Below are positions 27,882 through 37,728 of a stretch of 64,000 bases of DNA, in pieces (within the stretch, counting starts at the first letter, position 1; each line of letters starts with the position of its first letter). This stretch comes from Fimbriimonadales bacterium (GTDB lineage: Bacteria > Armatimonadota > Fimbriimonadia > Fimbriimonadales > ATM1): NCBI GenBank assembly GCA_051003155.1, contig JBPCLO010000031.1, positions 1 through 64,000 of the forward strand, read 5' to 3'. A program made the translations under genes and the position numbers. The notes under the pieces were generated by a model that saw only the letters and a program-made list of their open reading frames with translations, was not told the DNA's origin and did no database searches.

Positions 27882-29486
27882 TTAGAGCCCGCCTACGACG
27901 CGGCCAAGCGTGCGGCGGAAGGTGGCGCCGACGATTCGGCGCCAGACGCGGCGAGCCGTTCCGCGCCGGCGGTCACGCTCGCCCTGCCGTGACCGCAAGA
28001 AGACGGCGACCGCGTGAGTCGAGGCGGGTGAAAGGCGCGGCGCACGCTCTAGGAGGAACGCGCGGGCGAGATTGGCAGCCACGTCGGCGTCGTGCATGAT
28101 GCCGAGCTCGTCTTGGAGTTGCGTAACCCAGCCAATCAGATCCGAGGCCTGCGGCGGGAGTGCCTCCTTGAAGAACTCCAGCGTGTATCGAAGCCGTTTG
28201 CCTTCGATTCGAAGTGCATGGAGCGTCTCGACGTCCGCCCAAGGCATCACTGCGTCGTACGCCCGGACGCGCTCGTAAGCGGCCACAATCCTGCTCCCTG
28301 CCGTGTCGCGGACCGTCTGGGGCTCGACGGCGCCGACGCTCCGCGTCCCCGCTTCCTCCGTGGTGGCAAACGATATGTAGGCATCGACGAACTTTTGGTA
28401 CCCAGGCGAATCGAGCAAGGCCACGAGGCCGGCCCGGGCGGCTTCGCGTTTTGCTCGCCAATCGTCGAAGAGGGGCGCGATTGCCACTTTCTCGTCTTGC
28501 GGCAGACCTTCAACGTAGAGCGCGGCGCCTTCGAGGAGCACATCGAGGTCCCTGACAGCTCCGAGCGCACGCGCAACTGTCCGAAGCTCGGCCACGTAAC
28601 GCCGCTCACGGCCGCGCCGAAACGCACCATCGAAGACACGCCACGCTGCACGCATGCGCCGCGTGGCCACCCTCATGGCATGCAGCGCCTCGATGTCACG
28701 CCCGAGACGGGTGCCCTCCTCTTTGGCGAGCATTTTGGTCAAATGAAAACGGAGCACTTTCCTACCCGCTTCCGCGAGCGAGTCGTGCTGAGAAATGCCA
28801 GGCGCTTTTCCGGCCACGAGACGAGGCTTCTTCTTCGGCGGCTTAGCTGCTCCCTCTAGAAGCGCAGCGGCCGTCGACTCTTTGCTTTTCAGCTCTGGGC
28901 GCAGGCCCCCGGCCGACATGAGGGCCGCGGCAACAGGTTCCAAAAGGTCAGGCTTTCCTCGGCGCAGTTCAACCTCAAGCACGTGCCCGTTTCCGAGAAC
29001 TCGCTTGCCCTTGTGGTATGCAACTTCATCGACGCTAAGCACGGCTTTGCCTGCCCGCGATGAAAGGTCGCGCTCGCGCCGCACCTGTTTGATCCGGAAA
29101 CGTTCGTGGAGGAGCTCGCCTCCACAGATTTCGTCGAGCTTGGCCCGGGCGTCGCTCGCCGGCCACGCGCCGGGTTCTAAAACCCCGGTTGCAGGACCCT
29201 CCAATTCGACGCGGGTGTGCAGGCCGCTGCTTTTCTCGTCTGGTGAGCGGCTCTTCAGAGTAAGCATCACCTTGTCGCCGTCTTCTCGGATGCGGGCCGT
29301 CCAGCCACCCATTTGAAGACGCCGGTCAGGCGTGTCGAAGTAAATGTCTTCGAGCTGCAACTCGCGCCACTCTCCGGCCCGTAGCCCCGCCACCTGATCG
29401 CCGCCGACACTCTCTTGGACCTTCGCCAAGTCGTCGATGGCGTATTTCAATTCGACCTCGGAAGGCTGGGCTGCTGCCTTCGTCAA
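27882..29486 (-). CDS. CYTH + CHAD domain protein (polyphosphate-associated)
   Basis: EVELKY, DIYFDTPD, EVEL in CYTH; LHAMRVATRRMR, LGAVRDLDV, LHALRIEGKRLRY, LQDELGIMHD in CHAD. Confidence 0.92.
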   Translation of the reverse strand: MTKAAAQPSEVELKYAIDDLAKVQESVGGDQVAGLRAGEWRELQLEDIYFDTPDRRLQMGGWTARIREDGDKVMLTLKSRSPDEKSSGLHTRVELEGPATGVLEPGAWPASDARAKLDEICGGELLHERFRIKQVRRERDLSSRAGKAVLSVDEVAYHKGKRVLGNGHVLEVELRRGKPDLLEPVAAALMSAGGLRPELKSKESTAAALLEGAAKPPKKKPRLVAGKAPGISQHDSLAEAGRKVLRFHLTKMLAKEEGTRLGRDIEALHAMRVATRRMRAAWRVFDGAFRRGRERRYVAELRTVARALGAVRDLDVLLEGAALYVEGLPQDEKVAIAPLFDDWRAKREAARAGLVALLDSPGYQKFVDAYISFATTEEAGTRSVGAVEPQTVRDTAGSRIVAAYERVRAYDAVMPWADVETLHALRIEGKRLRYTLEFFKEALPPQASDLIGWVTQLQDELGIMHDADVAANLARAFLLERAPRLSPASTHAVAVFLRSRQGERDRRRGTARRVWRRIVGATFRRTLGRVVGGL

Positions 29487-29642
29487 GCAACCGCTCCCGC
29501 GAAGCCATTCGATCTCACGTCTAACCGTACCCCACTTAAAACAACGAGAAGTGTCTGCGAGGACCTGTCCAGGCCATGGAGGCCGATCCTGCGATAGATG
29601 ATCTGAACGTCCCGCTATTCCACGTGATGGAACGGCAAAAAG

Positions 29643-31562
29643 CTAAGCGTTGACCTGGACGATCTCGTAGGCTTCGATAACGTCGCTTTCCTTATACGCC
29701 GTCCAGCCCTCGAACTGGATTCCGCACTCGAAGCCGGCTGTCATTTCGCGGACGTCTTCTTTGACGTGCTTGAGCGAGTCGATTTTGCCTTCATACACGA
29801 TCTCGTCGCCTCGCTTCACGCGGCATTTCACTCCTCGCACGACCTTGCCGTCCGTCACATAACAGCCCGCGACATGGCCCTGCTTGGTTAGCTTGAACAC
29901 CATCCTGATCTCGACGGTGCCCATGTACTGTTCTTCGAATTTCGGCTCGAGCATGCCCTTCACGGCCTTCTCGATGTCCTCGATGAGTTCGTAGATGATG
30001 TTGTACTGCCTGATTTCGACTTTCTGCCTAGCCGCTTCCTCCTTGGCTTTCGGTTCGACCTTCGTATTGAAGCCGACCACAATCGCCTCCGAGGCGCGGG
30101 CAAGCATGATGTCTCCCTCGCCGATTGTGCCGACGCCGGAGTGCAGCACACGCACATCCACCTCGTCACTCTCGATCTTGTCGAGCAACCCTCTGACGGC
30201 CTCGACAGAACCTTGGACGTCGGCCCTGATGATAATCCGAAGCTCTTTGCTTTCGCTAGCCGCGAGTCGTTCCTGAAGATCTGCCAGCGTGACCTTGCCT
30301 ATCTTGTCGGAGAACTCTTCTAGACGGGTGCTTTGTCGCATCCCTTCAGCCTGCCCGCGAGCTTCCTTCTCGTCGATAAGCACGCGAAGCTTGTCGCCCG
30401 CCATGGGCACCTGGTCGAGTCCGAGGATCTCGGCAGGTGTGCTCGGGCCAGCCTCCTTGATCGGCTTGCCTGCGAAGTCGAACATCGCTTTCAGCCGCCC
30501 ATAGCAACTCCCCACAAGAACGGCATCGCCCTGCTTTAGCGTCCCATTGTGAACGAGCACAGTGGCCACAGGACCCCGTCCCTTGTCGACTTTAGCTTCG
30601 ATAACCACACCTTCGACGTCTCCGCCCGGATCGGCCTTGAGCTCCATGACGCCTGCCTGGAGGGTAATCAGCTCGAGCAGGTCATCGATGCCCTTTCCGG
30701 TCTTTGCCGATACTTCGGCTATCTCGGTGTCTCCCCCGAAGTCAGCGGCTACCAAACCGTTCTGCACTAACTGCTGCTTGACGCGCGTAGGGTTAGCGTC
30801 CTCCTTGTCGATCTTGTTGACGGCGACGAGAATTGGCACGCCCGCGTTCTTGGCGTGATTTATCGCCTCGACCGTCTGCGGCATGATGCCATCGTCGGCG
30901 GCCACAACGAGAACGGCTATATCGGTGACCTGCGCGCCGCGCGCTCGCATCGCGGTGAACGCTTCGTGGCCCGGTGTATCGAGGAAGGTGATCTTCTGGT
31001 CCCCTACCTGCACTTGGTATGCGCCGATGTGCTGGGTTATGCCGCCGAATTCTTTGTCGACGACCTTGGCTTTGCGTATATAGTCGAGGAGGCTGGTCTT
31101 GCCGTGATCGACGTGGCCGAGAATTGTGACGACGGGCGGCCTTAGCTGCTCGCCGCTGCCGGGCTTCTTCCGTTTGGGCGCCTCTTCGGCCACCTTTGGC
31201 TTCTGCGGCTCGGCCCACTTGACCTTGTATCCGAACTGGCTGGTTACCTTTTCCGCCACATCCGGAGCAAGCGAAGTGGCGAGGGTGGCGAAAGTGCCCG
31301 ACGAAATGAGAGCCTTTTGAACCTCAGGCTGCGCTACGCCGATCGCCGCTGCGATGTCGCGGGGCGTTGCGCCGGGAGCGAGGGCGACCTGCTTGGCCTC
31401 GACCATTTCCTGGACCGCTTCCTTGACCACGTCTAGATAGTCCGCGTCGAGATCTACCGAGCCATTGTCGGTGAATGCCCCCAGTTCGGCGAGCACATGC
31501 GTCACCTGCGAGGGCAGGGCTTTTAGCTCACCGGCCAGGCTTTCCACTTCAAGTTTAGGCAT
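29643..31562 (-). CDS. infB: Translation initiation factor IF-2
   Basis: [46 protein letters not shown]. Confidence 0.97.
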   Translation of the reverse strand: MPKLEVESLAGELKALPSQVTHVLAELGAFTDNGSVDLDADYLDVVKEAVQEMVEAKQVALAPGATPRDIAAAIGVAQPEVQKALISSGTFATLATSLAPDVAEKVTSQFGYKVKWAEPQKPKVAEEAPKRKKPGSGEQLRPPVVTILGHVDHGKTSLLDYIRKAKVVDKEFGGITQHIGAYQVQVGDQKITFLDTPGHEAFTAMRARGAQVTDIAVLVVAADDGIMPQTVEAINHAKNAGVPILVAVNKIDKEDANPTRVKQQLVQNGLVAADFGGDTEIAEVSAKTGKGIDDLLELITLQAGVMELKADPGGDVEGVVIEAKVDKGRGPVATVLVHNGTLKQGDAVLVGSCYGRLKAMFDFAGKPIKEAGPSTPAEILGLDQVPMAGDKLRVLIDEKEARGQAEGMRQSTRLEEFSDKIGKVTLADLQERLAASESKELRIIIRADVQGSVEAVRGLLDKIESDEVDVRVLHSGVGTIGEGDIMLARASEAIVVGFNTKVEPKAKEEAARQKVEIRQYNIIYELIEDIEKAVKGMLEPKFEEQYMGTVEIRMVFKLTKQGHVAGCYVTDGKVVRGVKCRVKRGDEIVYEGKIDSLKHVKEDVREMTAGFECGIQFEGWTAYKESDVIEAYEIVQVNA

Positions 31563-31785
31563 TCGCTAAGTTCACCTTGTCCATTAGTTCTCGTTCTAGG
31601 CGGGCCCAATCGATCGCGTCTTCGCCAATTCGCAGGGGTCGCGCGAACATTTTGCGCTTCAGGGCCCTTTCGACGCACGCTGCGGAAGTGCAGACGTAAG
31701 CTCCGCGGCTCATCCCGGCGCGGATTAGGTCGCCCTTAGGCTTCCTCAGGCCACATGCGACGCAGGTTCGAATCGGATCCGGCAC
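31555..31785 (-). CDS. ylxR: YlxR/DUF448 RNA-binding protein
   Basis: PIRTCVACG..KPKGDLIR, RGAYVC; located between nusA and infB; GTG start. Confidence 0.85.
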   Translation of the reverse strand: MPDPIRTCVACGLRKPKGDLIRAGMSRGAYVCTSAACVERALKRKMFARPLRIGEDAIDWARLERELMDKVNLANA

Positions 31786-31788
31786 GCG

Positions 31789-32862
31789 TCACCGCCCCTC
31801 TCCGACTTTGGCAGCTGCGCCTTCGGCAGCTTGTGACTCGCTGCGAATATCGATCTTCCATTCCGTCAAACGCGCTGCGAGGCGGACGTTCTGGCCACCT
31901 TTGCCGATCGCTAGGCTAAGCTGGCTATCGGGAACAGTCACAAATGCGCTCTTGTCCTCTTCATTCAGCTTGACCGAGGCGACCTTCGCCGGACCGAGAG
32001 CTGCGGTAATGTAACCGACCGCATCCTCCGAGTAAGGAATGATGTCGATCTTTTCGTCGTATAGTTCGTTAACGATCTGCTGGACCCGGGTGCCCCGTTG
32101 TCCAACGCACGCGCCGACCGGATCCACCCGCTCGTCGTGGCTGATCACGCTGATCTTGCTGCGCTGACCGGCTTCACGCGCAACGGCCATGATCTCGACC
32201 GTACCTGCGCCGATCTCGGGAACCTCGATCTCGAACAGCTTCCTTAGAAGGTTCGGGTGGGTCCGCGAAACGATTACCCGAGGGCCCTTGCCACGAGGGT
32301 CTTCTTCAACCTTAAGAACGTAACAGCGAATCCGGTCATTGATACGGTAAGGCTCGATCGGCACCTGCTCGCGCTTGGGAAGCACACACTCGCTGCGGCC
32401 CGCGGTCAGGACGACGTCACCGCCCTCGCGGCGGGCAACCGTTGCGGCGACCACTTCGCCGAGCCGGTCGCTGAATTCTTCCATAGTGCGTTTGCGCTCG
32501 GCTTCGCGCAGTTTCTGCTGCAGCACCTGCTTGAACGTTTGCGCCGCGATTCGGCCGAAGCTTTCCGGCGCGATTTCTACGGGAACGAAGTCACCGATCT
32601 CCGCTTTCGGGTTGCGCTTTCTTGCTTCCTCGATCGCCATTTGATAAAAATGATTGGTCGCTACGCCCACAACTTCTTTCTCGCAAACGACGTGCATCTT
32701 GTTCTGTTCGGTATCGATCCGAACGATGACCTCGCCGATCGCTCCCACGTGACGCTTGTACGCGGCCGCGAGGGCTATCTCCATCTCGGAGATCAACTCC
32801 TCGACCGGGATATCCCGCTCTTGCGCCATTGTTTTTAGAGCCTGCAAAAACTCGCGATCCAT
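31789..32862 (-). CDS. nusA: Transcription termination/antitermination factor NusA
   Basis: FGRIAAQTFKQ, SRTHP, EVPEI, AREAGQRSK, DPVGACVG, AIGKGGQNVRLAARLT. Confidence 0.97.
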   Translation of the reverse strand: MDREFLQALKTMAQERDIPVEELISEMEIALAAAYKRHVGAIGEVIVRIDTEQNKMHVVCEKEVVGVATNHFYQMAIEEARKRNPKAEIGDFVPVEIAPESFGRIAAQTFKQVLQQKLREAERKRTMEEFSDRLGEVVAATVARREGGDVVLTAGRSECVLPKREQVPIEPYRINDRIRCYVLKVEEDPRGKGPRVIVSRTHPNLLRKLFEIEVPEIGAGTVEIMAVAREAGQRSKISVISHDERVDPVGACVGQRGTRVQQIVNELYDEKIDIIPYSEDAVGYITAALGPAKVASVKLNEEDKSAFVTVPDSQLSLAIGKGGQNVRLAARLTEWKIDIRSESQAAEGAAAKVGEGR

Positions 32863-32885
32863 GATTTCTACCACCTGAAGGCCAT

Positions 32886-32915
32886 AACAAAAAAGGACGG
32901 CCAGGGGCCATCCTT
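32886..32915 (-). terminator. Intrinsic terminator/attenuator hairpin in the nusA leader
   Basis: Minus strand AAGGATGGCC-CCT-GGCCGTCCTT followed by TTTTGTT, about 25 nt before the nusA ATG; TACAAT -10 box at 32950-32945. Confidence 0.7.
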
Positions 32916-33069
32916 GTCGTGGTCTCCTGCAAATGTCGTTTTCCATTGTACCCTGCCCGGGCGTCGGTAGAAGGCTCGAGATCAATGGAAGACATACCGA
33001 CGAATCGAATTCTCAGCAACTAGTTCTACAGTCACTCTACGGTCTGCTTGAACCGGGTACCGTGGGAGC

Positions 33070-34195
33070 ATGAGGAGAGTTTCAATCTTTCTTCTGATTG
33101 CATCGTGCTGTGCCGGCCAAGCGCAGTACCAGGTCGAGGTCTTGCATCCCGATGGCGTCGGGCCGAGATCGTACGGGACCGGCGCGGGCGGAGGGCAGCA
33201 GGTCGGGCATATGAATCTCTTTAAGGTCGGGGCGAGCCATGCGCTGCTTTGGTCGGGTTCGCAAGAGAGCTTTGTCGACTTGCATCCTGCCGGATGGGAC
33301 GGGTCGTATGCGGTGGGAGTCGACGGCGGCAAGCAGATTGGTTACCGGGAGAGGAGTTTCGGCCAAGGGCGAGGACAGTTCGCCACCTTGTGGTCGGGCT
33401 CCGCTACGAGCTGGGTCGACCTGCACGACGACCTGTACTTCGAGACCAACGGCCTCGGCATCGGCGGAGACCAGCAGGTCGGCTTCGGAGTTACCACCGG
33501 GCCCCAGTACGCCATACGTGCCTTGTTGTGGCGAGGCACTGCCGAGACCATCGTTTCGCTCCATCCCGGCGGATTGGAGGACAGTCGGGCCCAGGATACG
33601 GACGGTAAGCAGCAGGTCGGCAGCGCGACGAACCCCGAACTTCACATTGAGCATGCCGCCTTGTGGAGCGGCACCGCAGAGAGTTTCGTAGACTTGCACC
33701 CCGCAGGTTACGGCACGAGCGATGCTCTTGGAGTCGCCAATGGCCAGCAAGCGGGATGGGCCAGTTTCGACGGCAACGCACATGCCGGCATATGGTACGG
33801 GTCAGCGGAATCGTTTATCGACTTGAACCCGGGACCCAACGATCAAGTCGGTTCAAGGGCGCTGGCAACAAATGGCAATGTGCAAGTGGGCGTTGCTGCC
33901 GGACCGTTGATCGGTGGTTTTCATGCATCGCTTTGGCGCGCAGATCCTGACACGTTCGTAGACCTGCATACGTTTCTTCCGGAGAGGTTTCAGGGCAAAG
34001 GCGCTGAATCGGAGGCCAGAGGCGTCGACGAATTCGGGAACATTGTCGGCTAAGCGATCGATACGAACACTGGAAATGCGCGAGCGATCCTTTGGACACC
34101 GGTGCCAGAGCCGACCTCCGCAAGCATCCTATTGACATCCTTCCCTTTTGCTCTTGGCCAAGAAGAGGATGGCTACACCGCGCCGGTGCCCCTGA
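33070..34195 (+). pseudogene. Secreted beta-repeat protein with a PEP-CTERM anchor disconnected by a nonsense codon and a frameshift
   Basis: Signal peptide and repeats (HAxLWSGxAESFVDLHP); TAA at 34051 followed in frame by AIDTNTGNARAILWTPVPEPTSASILL; LLLLAKKR tail in a shifted frame ending TGA at 34195. Confidence 0.8.
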
Positions 34196-34707
34196 GATTG
34201 GACCACGAGCTTCGAAACCGTCGTTGCATCGCGTCCATTTTTCAGGGTGGCTGAGCGTCTTATCACGAGACTCCCTGAGATGGACATGAGCTCAAGTTGA
34301 ACCTCGAACGCCTCGGACACCATCTCAGCTGCACCCGGTGCGAATTCGGCCGTGTGCGACTCTCGGCTGCGTTGTATGCCTTGAGGAGTTGCCGCCTCGA
34401 CATTGGGACGAAGACACCGGACGCAGTCGCACGGCCATATGCGCCGATTGGTGGCGGGGGACTGGGTTGGTGATTGTGGGCGAATCTGACCTGGGCACCC
34501 AGTTTCGGTCACACAGAGGGGAAGCGACCCGACGGATTTGGAATCGCGAGGCGATGAGTTCATGTCCGTGCCACGACACGATAGATGAACTGATCGATCT
34601 TTAACTCGGACCGGGCGGCCAAACTAAGCGCGAGAGTTGAGCGGCATTCGGGCGAGCGCCAAGACATGCGGGACCACTAACGAGACGCGGTAGACTTTTG
34701 GCTGATC

Positions 34708-35286
34708 ATGGCGAAACTCCGTGTCCTCGTAGCCGACGACGACCCGATCATCCGGCTCGATCTGAAGCAGATGCTGCAAAACCTCGACTACGAGGTCGTG
34801 GCGGAAGCAGGGGACGGCCAGGAGGCGCTCGATCTGGCCATGTCCGTGCGTCCAGACATCTGCGTGCTGGACATCAAAATGCCCATCAAGGACGGCATCA
34901 CCGTAGTTTCGGAACTCGTCGAGGGCCAAATCGCGCCGGCGATCCTTCTAACAGCTTATAGTGACCGCGAACTGATCGACCGAGCGAAGGAGGCCGGTGC
35001 GTTCGCCTATCTCGTCAAGCCATTCAAGCCCAACGATCTGCCGCCTGCGATCGAGGTGGCGGTTAGCAGATATCGGCAAAACCAGGATCTGACCGGTCAA
35101 ATCGAGAGCTTGAGCGAGAGGCTCGAAACGCGAAAGCTGGTTGAAAAGGCGAAATCCGTTCTGATCGAGAAACAAGGCCTCAACGAGTCCGAGGCCTACC
35201 GTCGGATGCAGCAATCCAGCATGAACACCCGCAAGAGCATGAAGGAAGTGGCGGAGGCTATCCTGCTCACCGAAACATTGCAATGA
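34708..35286 (+). CDS. ANTAR-domain response regulator (AmiR/NasT/PdtaR type)
   Basis: Receiver VADDD...LDIKMP...LTAY...YLVKPF plus ANTAR LETRKLVEKAKSVL...AYRRMQQSSMNTRKSMKEVAEAI. Confidence 0.93.
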   Translation: MAKLRVLVADDDPIIRLDLKQMLQNLDYEVVAEAGDGQEALDLAMSVRPDICVLDIKMPIKDGITVVSELVEGQIAPAILLTAYSDRELIDRAKEAGAFAYLVKPFKPNDLPPAIEVAVSRYRQNQDLTGQIESLSERLETRKLVEKAKSVLIEKQGLNESEAYRRMQQSSMNTRKSMKEVAEAILLTETLQ

Positions 35287-36278
35287 AACGGCTGGCAACA
35301 TCCACACTTGCGGGAATCGGCTTGGCGTTTCTCGCCGGCTGCGACTCGAATTCGAAACCTTCCGCGAAACCCATTGTCGACGAGTTCATGGTCGCATTGA
35401 TTACCCCCGGCCCGGTTAACGACAGCGGATGGAGCGCCTTGGCGTACCAAGGACTGGAGTCTATTAAGTTCGAGCTCGGCGCTGAAACACAGAACGTTGT
35501 CGCCTTTTCGCCTCAAGATATCAAGGACGCGATGCAATCGTATGCCCAGAAGGATTTCGACCTCATTATCGGCCACGGTTACGAATATAACCAGATCGGC
35601 ATCGAGGTCGCCAAGGACTTTCCAAAGACGATTTTTGTCAGTTCGAGCGGCGATAAAACTGCAACCAACGTGGGCACTTTCCGCTTCAATCTGGAGCAGG
35701 GCACGTACGTCCTCGGCATGGTCGCCGCGAAACTTTCACTTAAGGGGACCCTAGGCATGGTGGGCGGCCCGAACGTTCCGAGCATCGAAAGCACCTTCCA
35801 GGCGTTCGAGGCCGGCGCCAAATCCGTCAAACCCAGCATTAGGGTCCTCAAGGCGTACACGAATTCCAACGACGACGTAGGGGCAGCGAAGCAGCAAACC
35901 TTAGCCTTCATCGCTCAAGGCGCGGATTACATCATCCACCAAGCCAACGCTGCCGCACAAGGCGTGTTCGAGGCCTGCAAAGAAAGAGGCGCGTTTGCAT
36001 TTGGGACAAACAGCGACCAAGCTGGGGCCGCACCCGACGTTGTCATCGCAAGCGCGACGATCAACGCCGGCCCGGTCTTCGTCGAACTCGCGAAGGAGGT
36101 GAAGGACAGCAAATTCAAATCCGGCGTGCGCCTCAGGGGGATGGCCGATGGCGCCGTTGGAATCGTCTGGAATCCCAATCCGCCGTTTAAGCTGCCCGAC
36201 GACATAGTTTCCGAGGCTAGCCTGGCGGTGGGCAAGATCGTTTCGGGGCAGCTGAAGGTGCCCAGGCTGGAGTTCTAG
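35283..36278 (+). CDS. BMP family ABC transporter substrate-binding lipoprotein (nucleoside type)
   Basis: Lipobox LAGC; GPVNDSGWSALAYQGL, IIGHGYEY, GADYI; ATGA overlap with the regulator. Confidence 0.9.
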   Translation: MKRLATSTLAGIGLAFLAGCDSNSKPSAKPIVDEFMVALITPGPVNDSGWSALAYQGLESIKFELGAETQNVVAFSPQDIKDAMQSYAQKDFDLIIGHGYEYNQIGIEVAKDFPKTIFVSSSGDKTATNVGTFRFNLEQGTYVLGMVAAKLSLKGTLGMVGGPNVPSIESTFQAFEAGAKSVKPSIRVLKAYTNSNDDVGAAKQQTLAFIAQGADYIIHQANAAAQGVFEACKERGAFAFGTNSDQAGAAPDVVIASATINAGPVFVELAKEVKDSKFKSGVRLRGMADGAVGIVWNPNPPFKLPDDIVSEASLAVGKIVSGQLKVPRLEF

Positions 36279-36279
36279 G

Positions 36280-37728
36280 ACGGTTACCGAGCCTGTCCTC
36301 GTCGGGCAGCGGCTAACCAAGCGTTACGGCCACGTGACCGCTCTCGAGGCCGTCGACATCGGCCTATACCCTGGCGAAGTGAACGCCGTATTGGGTGAAA
36401 ATGGAGCCGGCAAATCGACCTTGGTCGGCATACTCTCCGGCAACATCGCGCAGGACTCCGGAGAGATTTTGCTCGACGGCTTGCCGACGCGCTTTTCGAA
36501 CGCCCGCGCGGCGAAATCCGCAGGAGTCGACGTCGTTCACCAGCATTTTATGCTCGTACCGCAATTTTCGGTCGCGGAGAATTTGGCGCTCGCCGCCTCC
36601 GAAGGCAGTGGGCCAGTTCTCAACATTGGGCGGCTCTCGGCGAAAGCGCTGGGAGCATCGGCTGACTTGGGTTGGCGCCTGCCCGCCGATGCAAAGGTTG
36701 GTTCGCTAAGCGTTGGCGAGCAGCAGCGCGTAGAAATCGCCAAGGCCCTCGCGGGCGGTGGACGAGTTGTGCTCCTCGATGAGCCGACGTCGACGCTCTC
36801 ACAGGATGAGGTGACGGATCTCTTTCGGGTGATTGAGGCTCTGAAAAGGGACAGGCGCTCGATAGTGTTCATAACCCACAAGCTCGACGAGGCGCTTGCA
36901 ATCGCTGACCGGGTCACTGTCTTGAGGCGCGGGAAGGTCGTGGTTTCCACGCCTGCACAAGGCATTGCCCCTGGCCAATTGGCCCATTGGATGGTCGGAG
37001 ATGTTCCCCCAAGCCTTGTGCGCGAGTCTCGGAAGCCGTCCGAGGGAGCCTTCGTCGTCGCGAATCGCCTCCACATTATCGGTGACCGCGGACACGGCGC
37101 CGTCAGAGATGTCAGCTTCCGTATCGGCGCGGGAGAAATCCTCGGCTTCGGCGGCGTCGACGGCAACGGCCAGCTAGAACTCGCGGAGGCGCTCGTGGGA
37201 ATCCGGCCAATAAAGTCCGGCTCCCTTGCCACGGGTCGCGGTTCGATAGCCTACATTCCGCAAGATCGTCAACGCGACGGGCTCGCGCTCTCGATGTCTG
37301 TTACCGACAACCTGCTGATCGCGGGCCACAAGCGAAGGGGCCTTTCGCGTGCCGGACTTTTCCTAACCGGCGCCATCCGCGCCTGGTGCGAAACGCTCGT
37401 CGCGCGATTCCAAATCCGAACCGACAGCCTTCAAAGCACCGCGGAGATGCTCAGCGGCGGCAATCAGCAGAAGATCGTGGTAGCAAGGTCGCTCGATACC
37501 GAGCCAGCCCTCATCGTAGCCGTCAATCCGACGAGGGGCCTCGATGTTCAGGCTGAGCATTACGTTCACTCTCTGCTATTGGAAGCACGGGGCCGAGGGG
37601 CGGCGATCGCCCTCTTTACAACCGACATCGGCGAGCTTGGCATCCTTTCGGATCGCGCGGTATATATGAGTGGGGGCCGGATTCTCGAGGGTGGGAACGT
37701 CGCGGAAATGATCGGCGGGCGCGAATGA
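36280..37728 (+). CDS. ABC transporter ATP-binding protein (two ATPase domains, nucleoside/sugar type); start uncertain
   Basis: GENGAGKST, VHQHFML, LSVGEQQRVEI, LDEPT, LSGGNQQK, NPTRGLD; first canonical start is GTG at 36334, but ABC-like LTKRYG sequence extends upstream to ACG at 36280. Confidence 0.9.
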   Translation, partial: TVTEPVLVGQRLTKRYGHVTALEAVDIGLYPGEVNAVLGENGAGKSTLVGILSGNIAQDSGEILLDGLPTRFSNARAAKSAGVDVVHQHFMLVPQFSVAENLALAASEGSGPVLNIGRLSAKALGASADLGWRLPADAKVGSLSVGEQQRVEIAKALAGGGRVVLLDEPTSTLSQDEVTDLFRVIEALKRDRRSIVFITHKLDEALAIADRVTVLRRGKVVVSTPAQGIAPGQLAHWMVGDVPPSLVRESRKPSEGAFVVANRLHIIGDRGHGAVRDVSFRIGAGEILGFGGVDGNGQLELAEALVGIRPIKSGSLATGRGSIAYIPQDRQRDGLALSMSVTDNLLIAGHKRRGLSRAGLFLTGAIRAWCETLVARFQIRTDSLQSTAEMLSGGNQQKIVVARSLDTEPALIVAVNPTRGLDVQAEHYVHSLLLEARGRGAAIALFTTDIGELGILSDRAVYMSGGRILEGGNVAEMIGGRE

